Shown: piece after piece, positions 20,978 to 31,162 of the stretch
How positions within the stretch are numbered: position 1 is the stretch's first letter
Layout: every line of letters starts with the position of its first letter
Origin: an uncultured Bacteroidota bacterium
GTDB taxonomy: Bacteria; Bacteroidota; Bacteroidia; UKL13-3
Length of the DNA stretch: 64,000 bases
Assembly: GCA_903883965.1 (NCBI GenBank)
Contig: CAISCU010000035.1
Coordinates: 25,216 to 89,215 of the forward strand
Direction: 5' to 3'
The notes under the pieces: model-generated
The model's input: only the letters and a program-made list of their open reading frames with translations
Databases searched by the model: none
What the model was told of the DNA's origin: nothing
Program-made: the position numbers and the translations under genes

Positions 20978-21970
20978 TTAGTCTTCGTTCAATTTATATT
21001 TTGAAATATCAATACCGAAGGTTAAACCTTTTTCACGAACCAATTCTTCTAATTCACTCAAAGACTTTTTACCAAAATTTCTGAACTTCAATAAGTCTGC
21101 AATATCATAGGCTACTAAGTCTGCTAATGATTTGATATCAGCTGCTTTTAAGCAATTGTATGCTCTTACAGATAAGTCTAAATCAGACAATGGAGTTTTT
21201 AAAATTTTACGAACATGTAAAAAGTTCTCGTCTACTTCTTGAGTTGGTTCTTTTACTTGAGTATCTAAAGTAATTAACTCATCTGAGAACAACATGAAAT
21301 GTTGGATTAAAATTTTAGCAGCTTCTTTCAAAGCTTCTTCTGGATGGATTGAACCATCTGTAGCAATTTCAATCTGTAATTTCTCGTAATCTGTTTTTTG
21401 TTCAACACGGTAATCCTCAACACTGTATTTTACATTCTTGATAGGTGTAAAAATAGCATCCATTGGAATGTATCCGATAACTGCATCTTTAGGTTTGTTC
21501 TCTTCTGCAGGAACATATCCTCTACCCTTTTCAACTGTCAATTCTATTTCTAAACCAACAAATTGTTCCATGTTACAGATGACCAAATCAGGATTCAATA
21601 CTCTGAAAGAATTGGTATGTTTACCAATTTCACCAGCTAAGAATTGCTCCTGTCCTTTGATATTGATAAAGATTTTCTCTGAGTCAACACCATCTGTAAT
21701 TCTTTTGAAACGAACTTGTTTCAAGTTTAAAACGATTTCTGTTACATCCTCGATTACTCCTTTGATAGTTGAAAATTCATGATCAACTCCAGAAATTTTA
21801 ATTCCAGTAATTGCATAACCTTCCAAAGAAGAAAGGAGAATTCTTCTAAGAGAATTTCCAATGGTTACACCATATCCTTTTTCTAAAGGACGGAACTCAA
21901 ACTGACCAAAAAAGTCAGTTTCTTTATGCATAATAACTTTGTCAGGCTTTTGAAAAGCAAGGATACTCAT
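20978..21970 (-). CDS. rpoA: RNA polymerase alpha subunit
   Basis: [21 protein letters not shown]; alpha-[19 protein letters not shown]. Confidence 0.98.
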   Translation of the reverse strand: MSILAFQKPDKVIMHKETDFFGQFEFRPLEKGYGVTIGNSLRRILLSSLEGYAITGIKISGVDHEFSTIKGVIEDVTEIVLNLKQVRFKRITDGVDSEKIFINIKGQEQFLAGEIGKHTNSFRVLNPDLVICNMEQFVGLEIELTVEKGRGYVPAEENKPKDAVIGYIPMDAIFTPIKNVKYSVEDYRVEQKTDYEKLQIEIATDGSIHPEEALKEAAKILIQHFMLFSDELITLDTQVKEPTQEVDENFLHVRKILKTPLSDLDLSVRAYNCLKAADIKSLADLVAYDIADLLKFRNFGKKSLSELEELVREKGLTFGIDISKYKLNED

Positions 21971-21989
21971 TGATAATTCTGTTTAATGA

Positions 21990-22598
21990 TTATTTCGAAT
22001 ACAATTCAACGATCAATTGTTCTTTAATATTTTCTGGAATTTGATCTCTTTCAGGATAAGCCATGAATGTACCACTCATTTCTTTTCCATCCCAATTTAA
22101 CCAATTGAATTTTTTGGCATTACTAGATGAAAGAGCGTTCGTTACGATTTCCAAAGATTTAGATTTCTCTCTAACAGCTACCATATCACCTGGTTTTAAC
22201 TGGTAAGAGCTGATATCAACTACTTTACCATTTACAGTAATATGTCTGTGTGAAACCAATTGACGTGCTTGAGCTCTAGTTTGAGCAATACCTAAACGAA
22301 ATACAGTATTGTCTAAACGAGATTCTAGAAATTTAAGCAAGTTTTCACCTGTAATTCCTTTTTTTCTAGCTGCCAATTCAAATGTTTTGTAAAACTGACG
22401 CTCCAAAACACCATAAGTGAATTTTGCTTTTTGTTTTTCATACAACTGAATAGCATATTCAGTTAATTTAGCACGTTTACGTGCCATTCCATGTTGCCCA
22501 GGAGGTACATTTCTTTTTTCGTAAGACTTATCAGGTCCAAAGATTGGATCTTTGAAACGTCTAGCGATTTTGGTTTTTGGTCCTATATATCTTGCCAT
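21990..22598 (-). CDS. rpsD: 30S ribosomal protein S4
   Basis: [15 protein letters not shown] and ARQLVSHRH motifs. Confidence 0.98.
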   Translation of the reverse strand: MARYIGPKTKIARRFKDPIFGPDKSYEKRNVPPGQHGMARKRAKLTEYAIQLYEKQKAKFTYGVLERQFYKTFELAARKKGITGENLLKFLESRLDNTVFRLGIAQTRAQARQLVSHRHITVNGKVVDISSYQLKPGDMVAVREKSKSLEIVTNALSSSNAKKFNWLNWDGKEMSGTFMAYPERDQIPENIKEQLIVELYSK

Positions 22599-22618
22599 GT
22601 CTATTTATCTACTATAAA

Positions 22619-23011
22619 TTATACTCTACGTGCTTTTGGAGGTCTGCAACCGTTATGTGGAAGTGGAGTAATGTCTGTAATTGACAATACTTCTATTCCG
22701 GCCGTTTGAAGTGTTCTGATAGCTGATTCTCTTCCAGAACCAGGACCTTTTACAAAAACATCTACTTTCTTCATACCTGCTTCAAAAGCTACACGAGCAC
22801 AATCGCTCGCAGCCATTTGAGCTGCATATGGAGTATTCTTTTTTGAACCTCTAAAACCCATTTTACCTGCAGATGCCCAAGAGATCACCTGTCCGGTTTG
22901 GTTAGTAAGAGAGATGATGATGTTGTTGAATGAAGCTTTAATATGAGCTTGACCATGAGCATCAACACTAACTACTCTTTTTTTGGTAACTTTTTTGTTA
23001 TTCGCTGCCAT
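22619..23011 (-). CDS. rpsK: 30S ribosomal protein S11
   Basis: [14 protein letters not shown] and PHNGCRPPK motifs. Confidence 0.98.
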   Translation of the reverse strand: MAANNKKVTKKRVVSVDAHGQAHIKASFNNIIISLTNQTGQVISWASAGKMGFRGSKKNTPYAAQMAASDCARVAFEAGMKKVDVFVKGPGSGRESAIRTLQTAGIEVLSITDITPLPHNGCRPPKARRV

Positions 23012-23022
23012 CTTTCTTATTT

Positions 23023-23400
23023 CTATTTAGTTACTTTCTTTTTACCTGCAACTGTTTTGCGTTTTCCTTTTCTTGTACGAGAATTGGTTCTAGTGCGTTG
23101 ACCACGAACAGGTAAACCTTTACGGTGACGTAAACCTCTGTAGCAACCAATATCAAGCAAACGCTTAATATTTAATTGACGCTCAGAACGTAATTCACCT
23201 TCTATGGTTAAACTTTCTGTGATGTGTTTTCTTATGGCGTTTAATTCTTCATCGTTCCATTCGCTCACTTTTTTACTCCAGTCAATTCCACAGGTAGTAA
23301 GAATGTTTTGAGCAGTGGTACGACCAATGCCATAAATGTAAGTTAATCCAATCTCGCCCCTTTTATTTTTGGGCAAATCAATACCAGCAATACGAGCCAT
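23023..23400 (-). CDS. rpsM: 30S ribosomal protein S13
   Basis: MARIAGID and [17 protein letters not shown] motifs. Confidence 0.98.
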   Translation of the reverse strand: MARIAGIDLPKNKRGEIGLTYIYGIGRTTAQNILTTCGIDWSKKVSEWNDEELNAIRKHITESLTIEGELRSERQLNIKRLLDIGCYRGLRHRKGLPVRGQRTRTNSRTRKGKRKTVAGKKKVTK

Positions 23401-23405
23401 ATATA

Positions 23406-23522
23406 TTATCCTTGACGTTGTTTAAACTTTGGGTTCTTTTTATTGATTACGTAGACCCTTCCTTTACGTTTTACAATAATGCAGTCTTCACTGCGCTTTT
23501 TTACAGATGCTCTGATTTTCAT
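23406..23522 (-). CDS. rpmJ: 50S ribosomal protein L36 (38 aa; not in ORF track)
   Basis: Hand translation [38 protein letters not shown]; canonical position between infA and rpsM. Confidence 0.97.
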   Translation of the reverse strand: MKIRASVKKRSEDCIIVKRKGRVYVINKKNPKFKQRQG

Positions 23523-23535
23523 TTTTTTCTACGGT

Positions 23536-23754
23536 TTATTTATACCTGTATATAATTCTTCCTTTACTTAAATCATATGGAGACATTTCTACTGAAACCC
23601 TGTCACCTGGCAAGATTTTAATATAGTGCATCCTCATTTTTCCGGAGATATGTGCAATAATTTCATGTCCATTCTCCAATCGTACCCGAAACATAGCGTT
23701 ACTAAGTGATTCCGTGATAGTACCGTCTTGTTTTATGAGTGCTTGTTTTGTCAT
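23536..23754 (-). CDS. infA: Translation initiation factor IF-1
   Basis: [34 protein letters not shown] motif. Confidence 0.98.
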   Translation of the reverse strand: MTKQALIKQDGTITESLSNAMFRVRLENGHEIIAHISGKMRMHYIKILPGDRVSVEMSPYDLSKGRIIYRYK

Positions 23755-23773
23755 ATTTACCTTTAAAGGGTTG

Positions 23774-23781
23774 CAAAGATA
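23774..23781 (-). promoter_or_regulatory. Internal -7 promoter element (TATCTTTG) for infA-rpmJ-alpha operon
   Basis: Exact TAnnTTTG in the secY-infA spacer. Confidence 0.75.
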
Positions 23782-23810
23782 GTCAAATTATTGAAATATC
23801 AATAATTCTT

Positions 23811-25178
23811 CTATTGAGCAGCTCCTCCTCCTACAGCCGATCTTCCTTTTATTCTTCCTGATTTCATCAAACCATCGTAATGACGCATCATCAAATGACT
23901 TTCTACTTGTTGCAAAGTATCTAACACAACACCTACTAAAATTAACAGTGATGTTCCACCATAAAACTGTGCAAATTGGTTATTGATGTTCAATACATTG
24001 GCCAATGAAGGCATGATTGCTACAATCGCTAAAAATACAGCTCCAGGTAAGGTTATTCTTGACATTACATTATCAATGAAATCTGCAGTAGCTTTGCCTG
24101 GTTTAACTCCTGGAATAAAACCACTGTTTCTTTTCATATCATCTGCAATTTGTACAGCATTTACTGAAATAGCAGTATAGAAATAGGTGAAAATAATGAT
24201 CAATAATGCGAATGTAATGCTGTAAGTCCAACTTGTAGGGTTGATAAAAGCAGCTATTACACCTTGCATAGATTCATAATTAGGGAAAAATTGTGCAACA
24301 GTTGATGGAATAAACATCAAAGCTTGAGCAAAAATGATTGGCATTACACCTGCAGCATTAACCTTTAATGGTATATACTGACGAACCCCACCATATTGAC
24401 GATTACCAACAACTCTTTTTGCATATTGAACCGGTATTCTTCTAGTACCTTGAACCAATAAAATGGTCATCATAATTACACCAAACAAAGCGGCCAATTC
24501 TACTAAGAAAATAACCAATCCGCCACCACTTTCTGATAATTTAAAGATGAATTCATCTTTCAATGCAAAAGGCAATCGGGCAATGATACCAATCATGATA
24601 ATCAATGATATTCCGTTTCCTATTCCTTTTTCTGTAATTCTTTCACCTAACCACATGATAAACATGGTACTTGAAGTAAGAATGACAATTGAACTCATCA
24701 TGAAAAAGAAGTCTGACATAGCCGCTGGATTAGTCATAGACAAAACAGCTTGAGGGTTTTCAGATTTCAAATTGATTAAGAATCCAATAGACTGAACTGC
24801 AGTAATTGCAATGGTTAAATACCTAGTAATTTGATTGATTTTTCTTCTACCTTCCTCTCCTTCTTTTTGCATTTTCTGGAAAGAAGGTACTGCTAAACTC
24901 AATAACTGTACAACAATTGAAGCAGAAATGTAAGGCATAATACCCAAGGCAAATATTGAACCACGGGCAAAAGCACCTCCTGCAAACATGTTAATTAATC
25001 CGAAAATTCCTCCATCTGCTTGTTTGGCAGAACCTTCTAACAAATTCGCATCTACACCTGGCAATGTGATATAAGTTCCTACTCTGTAGGCTAACAAAAG
25101 CCAAAAAGTCAATGCAAGTTTATAACGAAGTTCTTCTATACGAAGAATGTTCTGGAATGTTTCTATTATTTTCTTCAC
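23811..25178 (-). CDS. secY: Preprotein translocase subunit SecY
   Basis: SIFALGIMPYISASIV, GIGNGISLII and FIPGVKPG motifs; GTG start. Confidence 0.98.
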   Translation of the reverse strand: MKKIIETFQNILRIEELRYKLALTFWLLLAYRVGTYITLPGVDANLLEGSAKQADGGIFGLINMFAGGAFARGSIFALGIMPYISASIVVQLLSLAVPSFQKMQKEGEEGRRKINQITRYLTIAITAVQSIGFLINLKSENPQAVLSMTNPAAMSDFFFMMSSIVILTSSTMFIMWLGERITEKGIGNGISLIIMIGIIARLPFALKDEFIFKLSESGGGLVIFLVELAALFGVIMMTILLVQGTRRIPVQYAKRVVGNRQYGGVRQYIPLKVNAAGVMPIIFAQALMFIPSTVAQFFPNYESMQGVIAAFINPTSWTYSITFALLIIIFTYFYTAISVNAVQIADDMKRNSGFIPGVKPGKATADFIDNVMSRITLPGAVFLAIVAIMPSLANVLNINNQFAQFYGGTSLLILVGVVLDTLQQVESHLMMRHYDGLMKSGRIKGRSAVGGGAAQ

Positions 25179-25206
25179 GATACTTGAAGGTTAAATTTCT
25201 ACTTAA

Positions 25207-25656
25207 TTATTTAGAAGCTGTAATTGATCCACCAGCTGCTTCAACTGCTTTTTGTGCAGCTGCTGAGAATGCATCGGCTGTAATTTGGACGGCTGATTTT
25301 AATTCTCCACGACCTAAGATTTTAATCAAGTCTTTTTTACCAATTAAACCATTTGACAACAATACTTCTCTGTCAATTGTGGTTAAACCTTTATCAGCCA
25401 AATCTTGCAATTTGTCTAAGTTAATTGGAGCATAAGCAACTCTGTTTAAATTTTTGAATCCAAATTTTGGAATTCTTCTATACAAAGGCATTTGACCACC
25501 CTCGAATCCACGTTTGGTTGAAGTACCACTTCTAGAACCAGCTCCTTTGTGACCACGAGCAGCTGTTCCACCTTTTCCACTTCCTTCACCACGACCTACA
25601 CGTTTTCCTTCTTTATGGGTTGAACCCGCAGCTGGTTTTAATGTATGTAATTTCAT
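25207..25656 (-). CDS. rplO: 50S ribosomal protein L15
   Basis: RVGRGEGSGKG and GFEGGQMPL motifs. Confidence 0.98.
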   Translation of the reverse strand: MKLHTLKPAAGSTHKEGKRVGRGEGSGKGGTAARGHKGAGSRSGTSTKRGFEGGQMPLYRRIPKFGFKNLNRVAYAPINLDKLQDLADKGLTTIDREVLLSNGLIGKKDLIKILGRGELKSAVQITADAFSAAAQKAVEAAGGSITASK

Positions 25657-25704
25657 TTTCTATTTTACTTTATAACTGAATAATAAATTAAAGAAGCAAT
25701 TTGA

Positions 25705-25884
25705 TTAGCAGTTTTCTACTTTTACTAAGTGAGAAACTTTGTTAATCATTCCCAATATTTGAGGAGTTGCTTCAACTTCAATACTTTGGTGCAATTTAGT
25801 GAAACCCAATGCACGAACAGTACGCTTTTGGTTCTCAGAACGATCAATCGTACTCTTAATTTGTGTTACTTTAATTTTAGCCAT
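25705..25884 (-). CDS. rpmD: 50S ribosomal protein L30 (59 aa; not in ORF track)
   Basis: Hand translation MAKIKVTQIKSTIDRSENQKRTVRALGFTKLHQSIEVEATPQILGMINKVSHLVKVENC; lies between rpsE and rplO. Confidence 0.97.
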   Translation of the reverse strand: MAKIKVTQIKSTIDRSENQKRTVRALGFTKLHQSIEVEATPQILGMINKVSHLVKVENC

Positions 25885-25888
25885 TGTA

Positions 25889-26410
25889 TTATTCTCCGTT
25901 AAAAACTTTCTTTAAACTGATACCTCTAGTTTGAGCAATTGTAAATGCATCTCTCATGTTTAACAAAGCCTGGATGGTTGCTTTAACCACGTTATGTGGG
26001 TTAGAAGAACCTTTAGACTTAGCCAATACATCAGTAATACCAGCACTTTCCAATACTGCACGCATCGCACCACCGGCAATAACACCAGTACCGTGAGCAG
26101 CAGGTTTTAAAAATACACGACCACCTGAATATTTACCAAATTGTTCATGAGGTACGGTTCCTTTTAAAACTGGAACTTTAACCAAATTCTTCTTAGCATC
26201 ATCAATTCCTTTACTGATGGCATCAGTTACTTCCATGGCTTTACCCAATCCATAACCAACAATACCGTTACCATCACCTACTACAACTAGTGCAGAAAAG
26301 CTAAATGTACGACCACCTTTTGTTACCTTAGCTACACGGTTAATAGAAACTACTTTCTCTTTTAACTCGATATCGCTAGATTTTACTTTCTTTATGTTTG
26401 CTGTTGACAT
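25889..26410 (-). CDS. rpsE: 30S ribosomal protein S5
   Basis: [12 protein letters not shown] and GTGVIAGG motifs. Confidence 0.98.
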   Translation of the reverse strand: MSTANIKKVKSSDIELKEKVVSINRVAKVTKGGRTFSFSALVVVGDGNGIVGYGLGKAMEVTDAISKGIDDAKKNLVKVPVLKGTVPHEQFGKYSGGRVFLKPAAHGTGVIAGGAMRAVLESAGITDVLAKSKGSSNPHNVVKATIQALLNMRDAFTIAQTRGISLKKVFNGE

Positions 26411-26427
26411 AATTCTACTTCTAAAAA

Positions 26428-26772
26428 TTAAAAAATTAACCCACCCTCACGTGCACCTTCAGCAAGAGCTTTAACCCTACCGTGATACAAGTATCCATTT
26501 CTGTCGAATACACAAGTTTTAACACCTGCTGATGCTGCTTTCTCAGCGATAGCTTTTCCAACTAAAGTAGCAAGTTCAACCTTAGCAACTTTATCTGAAA
26601 ATGATCTTGATGAAGCTGAAACCAAAGTTACACCAGTTAAATCATCGATCAACTGAGCATAAATCTGTTTGTTACTTCTAAAAACAGACAAACGAGGTTG
26701 TTGAGCTGTTCCTTTAATACGACTGCGTATTCTTGCTTTAATTTTATTTCTTCTTGAATCTTTCGTAACCAT
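26428..26772 (-). CDS. rplR: 50S ribosomal protein L18
   Basis: [15 protein letters not shown] and [12 protein letters not shown] motifs. Confidence 0.98.
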   Translation of the reverse strand: MVTKDSRRNKIKARIRSRIKGTAQQPRLSVFRSNKQIYAQLIDDLTGVTLVSASSRSFSDKVAKVELATLVGKAIAEKAASAGVKTCVFDRNGYLYHGRVKALAEGAREGGLIF

Positions 26773-26781
26773 AACTTGAGT

Positions 26782-27336
26782 TTATTTAGAGGCTGTTTTA
26801 CCAGCTTTTCTACGTAAAATTTCACCTTCAAACTTGATACCTTTTCCTTTGTAAGGTTCAGGTGCACGAAGTGAACGAATTTTTGCAGCAACTTGACCGA
26901 TTAGCTGTTTATCGGCACCTTCTAAAGTGATGATTGGATTTTTACCTTTATCTTGTTCTGTTTTAACTGAAAGTTCAGCGGGAACTTGGAAATAGATATG
27001 GTGAGAGTAACCAAGAGTCAAATCCAAAATATTTCCTTCGTTTGTAGCTTTATAACCGACACCGACAAGTTCTTGACGCTTTTTGTATCCTTGTGAAACA
27101 CCAATAACCATGTTGTTTAACAAAGAACGGTATAAACCATGTAATGCTTTGTGTCTTTTTTGTTCAGTTGGTCTAGAAATTGAAAGGGTACCATTTTCAA
27201 CTTGGATGCTCATATCAGCATCGATAACTTGAGTTAATGTTCCTTTAGGTCCTTTTACTGAAACTTCATTTGATGGAGATACTTTAACTTCTACTCCAGC
27301 AGGTATTGCGATTGGTGCTTTTCCTATACGTGACAT
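26782..27336 (-). CDS. rplF: 50S ribosomal protein L6
   Basis: MSRIGK and PEPYKGKGI motifs. Confidence 0.98.
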   Translation of the reverse strand: MSRIGKAPIAIPAGVEVKVSPSNEVSVKGPKGTLTQVIDADMSIQVENGTLSISRPTEQKRHKALHGLYRSLLNNMVIGVSQGYKKRQELVGVGYKATNEGNILDLTLGYSHHIYFQVPAELSVKTEQDKGKNPIITLEGADKQLIGQVAAKIRSLRAPEPYKGKGIKFEGEILRRKAGKTASK

Positions 27337-27355
27337 GTGTTGTTTCTCCTATTGA

Positions 27356-27754
27356 TTAATAAATGTAACACAATACTTCACCACCAACATTTAATTTCCT
27401 GGCTTCTTTATCGGTCATTACACCTTTAGAGGTAGTAACAATCGCTATTCCCATACCATTGATTACTCTAGGCATGGTTTCAACACCTGTATATCTTCTC
27501 AATCCCGGGCGACTGATACGCTCCATTTTCTTGATTGCTGAAGTTTTAGTAACAGGATTGTACTTTAATGCAATTTTGATAGTACCTTGATGGTTAACTA
27601 CTTCTTCAAATTTGTAGTTTAAGATGTACCCTTTTTCGAAAAGTACTCTTGTGATTTCCTTCTTGATTTTAGATGAAGGTACTTCTACAATACGATGGCT
27701 TGCCTTGATCGCGTTGCGAAGTCTTGTTAGATAGTCTGAAATTGGATCTGTCAT
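27356..27754 (-). CDS. rpsH: 30S ribosomal protein S8
   Basis: MTDPISDYLTRLRNA, SRPGLRRY and GGEVLC motifs. Confidence 0.98.
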   Translation of the reverse strand: MTDPISDYLTRLRNAIKASHRIVEVPSSKIKKEITRVLFEKGYILNYKFEEVVNHQGTIKIALKYNPVTKTSAIKKMERISRPGLRRYTGVETMPRVINGMGIAIVTTSKGVMTDKEARKLNVGGEVLCYIY

Positions 27755-27770
27755 ATGTTTTATTTTTATC

Positions 27771-27811
27771 CTTGCGGGTAGTTAGCCAAGGCTTTACTCT
27801 TTCCCGCTAAG
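27771..27811 (-). promoter_or_regulatory. Candidate structured RNA leader upstream of rpsH
   Basis: Minus-strand CUU-A-GCGGG-AAAG-AGU-AA-AGC-CUUG-GCU-A-ACU-A-CCCGC-AAG; three stacked helices in an AT-rich spacer, no U tail. Confidence 0.55.
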
Positions 27812-27878
27812 TGTTATTATGTAAAATTAAGGGCAGCGAATATACGGATAATTCGGCCCTTATCAAATTTATTTTTAG

Positions 27879-28148
27879 TTACCAGCTAGATTTGGTTACT
27901 CCTGGTATTTTGCCCATATTGGCTAATTCACGGAACTGATTTCTGCAAATACCGAAATCTCTCATGTAACCTTTTGGACGACCACTTAATTTGCAACGGT
28001 TCTTTAATCTTACCGGAGATGCATTTTTAGGTAATTTTTGTAAACCTTCAAAATCACCGGCTGCTTTTAAAGCTGCTCGTTTAGCTGCAAACTTGGCAAC
28101 CATTTTTTCTCTTTTGCGCTGACGTGCTTTTACTGACTCTTTAGCCAT
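27879..28148 (-). CDS. rpsN: 30S ribosomal protein S14 (long, Zn-ribbon-degenerate type)
   Basis: [17 protein letters not shown] and IPGVTKSSW motifs. Confidence 0.98.
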   Translation of the reverse strand: MAKESVKARQRKREKMVAKFAAKRAALKAAGDFEGLQKLPKNASPVRLKNRCKLSGRPKGYMRDFGICRNQFRELANMGKIPGVTKSSW

Positions 28149-28158
28149 TGTTATTTAA

Positions 28159-28707
28159 TTACGATTTTTTAAATGGTAAACCAAACTCTTTCAACAAGGT
28201 CATACATTCTTCATCAGTTTTAGCTGATGTTACAAATGCAATATCCATACCGTTGATTTTATTAACTTTGTCAATTACGATTTCAGGGAAAATGATTTGT
28301 TCAGTAATACCCATGTTGTAATTTCCTCTTCCATCAAAACCTTTTAAGTTCAAACCTTGAAAGTCACGAACACGAGGCAATGATACTGCAATTAATCTAT
28401 CAAGAAATTCGTACATTCTATCTCCACGTAGAGTTACTCTTGTACCAATAGGTAAATTTTCTCTCAATTTGAAGTTAGAAATCGCTTTCTTAGATTTAGT
28501 TGCAACTGCACGTTGACCAGCAATTAAAGTTAATTCTTCCAATGCTTGATCAACCAATTTTTTATCTGAAACTGCAGCTCCTACACCTTGGTTGATACAG
28601 ATTTTTTCCAATTTAGGAACCTGCATAACGTTTTTATAGGCAAACTTTTCTTTCATTGCAGGTACAACCTGCGCAGTGTATTTGTCTTTTAATCTTGGAG
28701 TGTACAT
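28159..28707 (-). CDS. rplE: 50S ribosomal protein L5
   Basis: [14 protein letters not shown] and [16 protein letters not shown] motifs. Confidence 0.98.
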   Translation of the reverse strand: MYTPRLKDKYTAQVVPAMKEKFAYKNVMQVPKLEKICINQGVGAAVSDKKLVDQALEELTLIAGQRAVATKSKKAISNFKLRENLPIGTRVTLRGDRMYEFLDRLIAVSLPRVRDFQGLNLKGFDGRGNYNMGITEQIIFPEIVIDKVNKINGMDIAFVTSAKTDEECMTLLKEFGLPFKKS

Positions 28708-28710
28708 ATC

Positions 28711-29055
28711 CTACTTTTTATCAATTATTTCACCAGACTTTTTAGAAACTCTAACCAATTTACCTTCTTCGTTGTGTTTACGGCCTACTCTGGTAGCATT
28801 ACCGGCTGCATCAACTACTTTTAGGTTAGAAATATGAACAGGTGCTTCTTTCTTAATGATTCCACCTTGTTGGTTTTGAGCATTAGGTTTGGTGTGACGG
28901 CTTACGATATTTACACCTTCAACTACTGCTCTACTATCAGTTTTGATTACTTCAATAACACGACCTTTTTTGCCTTTGTCATCGCCTGCAATAACCAAAA
29001 CCATATCACCTTTCTTAAGGTGCAGCTTTGCTGGATTTTTCATCTTGTTTGTCAT
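28711..29055 (-). CDS. rplX: 50S ribosomal protein L24
   Basis: KOW motif KKGDMVLVIAGDDKGK; EAPVHISN. Confidence 0.98.
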   Translation of the reverse strand: MTNKMKNPAKLHLKKGDMVLVIAGDDKGKKGRVIEVIKTDSRAVVEGVNIVSRHTKPNAQNQQGGIIKKEAPVHISNLKVVDAAGNATRVGRKHNEEGKLVRVSKKSGEIIDKK

Positions 29056-29056
29056 C

Positions 29057-29425
29057 TTATAATACCTCTGGTGCTAATGAAACGATTTTCATGAATTGTT
29101 TTTCCCTTAATTCACGAGCTACCGGACCAAAGATACGGGTTGCACGTGGTTCATCTTGTGCATTTAACAATACACATGAATTGTCGTCAAAACGGATGTA
29201 TGAACCATCTGCTCTACGAACTTCTTTTTTTGTTCTAACAACAACTGCTTTAGATACAGCACCTTTTTTAACGGCACCTGAAGGAAGTGCAGATTTTACA
29301 CTTACTACAATTTTATCTCCTACAGAGGCATATCTTCTGGCTGTACCACCCAAAACCCTGATGCATAACACTTCGCGTGCTCCGCTGTTATCGGCTACTT
29401 TCAGCCTACTTTCCTGTTGTATCAT
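29057..29425 (-). CDS. rplN: 50S ribosomal protein L14
   Basis: [16 protein letters not shown] and [11 protein letters not shown] motifs. Confidence 0.98.
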   Translation of the reverse strand: MIQQESRLKVADNSGAREVLCIRVLGGTARRYASVGDKIVVSVKSALPSGAVKKGAVSKAVVVRTKKEVRRADGSYIRFDDNSCVLLNAQDEPRATRIFGPVARELREKQFMKIVSLAPEVL

Positions 29426-29427
29426 GA

Positions 29428-29697
29428 TTACTTAGCTTTTTCAATGATTTCTACTAATCTCCAACGTTTATCTTTACTCAATGGACGAGTTTCCATTACT
29501 TTTACGATATCGTTGATGCCACATTCATTCTTTTCATCGTGTGCTTTAAACGTTGAAGTCATTTTGATGAACTTACCATATTTAGGGTGCATCACTTTAC
29601 GCTCAACTGACACTACAATGGTTTTTTGCATTTTATTGCTTACCACTTTGCCAACGATGACTTTTCTTGAGTTTCTTTCTACTGTTGTATTTTCCAT
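29428..29697 (-). CDS. rpsQ: 30S ribosomal protein S17
   Basis: [11 protein letters not shown] and [11 protein letters not shown] motifs. Confidence 0.98.
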   Translation of the reverse strand: MENTTVERNSRKVIVGKVVSNKMQKTIVVSVERKVMHPKYGKFIKMTSTFKAHDEKNECGINDIVKVMETRPLSKDKRWRLVEIIEKAK

Positions 29698-29709
29698 CTT
29701 CGATGTTTA

Positions 29710-29907
29710 TTAAGCATTAACCAACTGACGCCTTTTTGACTCTGTAAGCAATCTTGCGATCAATTTTTTGCCTTCTTTTAACCTATTCGGGTTTTCTAAT
29801 GGAGAAACTGCATGATTTAAATTCATTTTCACCATTGAAAGTTTTTCTTCTTTAATTCTAGTTGCTAATTCTTTGTCAGAAAGCTCCCTGATTTCATTGT
29901 TTTTCAT
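29710..29907 (-). CDS. rpmC: 50S ribosomal protein L29
   Basis: EIRELS..EL and LENP...KK.IARLLT motifs; canonical position. Confidence 0.96.
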   Translation of the reverse strand: MKNNEIRELSDKELATRIKEEKLSMVKMNLNHAVSPLENPNRLKEGKKLIARLLTESKRRQLVNA

Positions 29908-29909
29908 AA

Positions 29910-30329
29910 TTATTCTGCGTATTCAGGTTTAACAATAAATTTAGTGATAACCGGAAGTTTTTGTGAGGCTAGACGCATTGCTTCTTGAGCTGTTGCCATA
30001 GGAACTCCATCTGCTTCAAATATAATGGTTCCAGGTTTACAACGGGCCACCCAAAATTCAGGAGCACCTTTACCTTTACCCATCCTTACTTCAGCAGGTT
30101 TACGAGTCATTGGTTTATCAGGAAATACGCGGATCCAAACTTGACCTTCCCTTTTCATGAAACGATTAAGCGCAACCCTTGCTGCTTCTAATTGTTTTGA
30201 TGTAAGGAAACAAGTATCTAAAGCTTTAAGTCCGAAAGAGCCGAATGCAACGGTATGTCCTCTACCAGCATTCCCTTTAACTCTACCTTTTTGTTGTTTC
30301 CTGTATTTGGTTTTTTTAGGCTGTAACAT
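29910..30329 (-). CDS. rplP: 50S ribosomal protein L16
   Basis: [11 protein letters not shown] and EVRMGKGKG motifs. Confidence 0.98.
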   Translation of the reverse strand: MLQPKKTKYRKQQKGRVKGNAGRGHTVAFGSFGLKALDTCFLTSKQLEAARVALNRFMKREGQVWIRVFPDKPMTRKPAEVRMGKGKGAPEFWVARCKPGTIIFEADGVPMATAQEAMRLASQKLPVITKFIVKPEYAE

Positions 30330-30353
30330 TTCTACAGTTAATTAATTCTTGTA

Positions 30354-31151
30354 CTATTTTTTTCTTCTATCACCGGTACCTGAACCGGGTTTTCTATCAC
30401 CACTAGGTCTTCTATCGCCAGATCTTCTGTCAGGTCTGTCTCCAGATCTTCTATCAGGTCTGCCAGTATTAGGTCTACCCTCTCCGCTTCCAGCTGTTTG
30501 TCCAATATTTGGAGATAAATCTCTCTTACCGTAAACTTCGCCTTTGCAAATCCATACCTTGATACCAATTTTACCATAAACTGTTAAAGCTTCTGACAAT
30601 GCATAATCTATATCAGCTCTGATGGTATGCAATGGAGTACGTCCTTCTTTGAAAGATTCAGAACGAGCAATCTCTGCACCTGCTAATCTTCCAGAAACCA
30701 TTACTTTAATTCCTTCAGCACCCATTCTCATGGTAGAAGCAATTGCCATTTTAACAGCTCTTTTGAAAGAAACACGAGCCTCAATTTGGTTTGCAATTGA
30801 CTCACCAACTAACGCAGCATCTAATTCAGGTCTTTTGATTTCAAAGATATTGATGGCAACATCTTTTTTGGTTAATTTCTTAACTTCTTCTTTGATTTTA
30901 TCAACTTCAGCACCACCTTTTCCGATAACAATACCTGGACGGCTGGTGTGAATTGTAATAATGATGCGCTTAATTGTACGCTCGATGATTATTTTAGCAA
31001 TACCACCTTTGTTAATTCTAGCTTTCAGGTATTTTCTGATTTCTTCATCCTCAATCAACTTATCAGCTAGTTTGTGACCGCTGTACCAGTTAGACTCCCA
31101 TCCTTTGATGATACCTAAACGAAAACCTATAGGATTGACCTTTTGTCCCAT
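30354..31151 (-). CDS. rpsC: 30S ribosomal protein S3 with Arg/Asp/Gly-rich C-terminal tail
   Basis: [23 protein letters not shown] and [10 protein letters not shown] motifs. Confidence 0.98.
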   Translation of the reverse strand: MGQKVNPIGFRLGIIKGWESNWYSGHKLADKLIEDEEIRKYLKARINKGGIAKIIIERTIKRIIITIHTSRPGIVIGKGGAEVDKIKEEVKKLTKKDVAINIFEIKRPELDAALVGESIANQIEARVSFKRAVKMAIASTMRMGAEGIKVMVSGRLAGAEIARSESFKEGRTPLHTIRADIDYALSEALTVYGKIGIKVWICKGEVYGKRDLSPNIGQTAGSGEGRPNTGRPDRRSGDRPDRRSGDRRPSGDRKPGSGTGDRRKK

Positions 31152-31162
31152 TCTATTATTTA

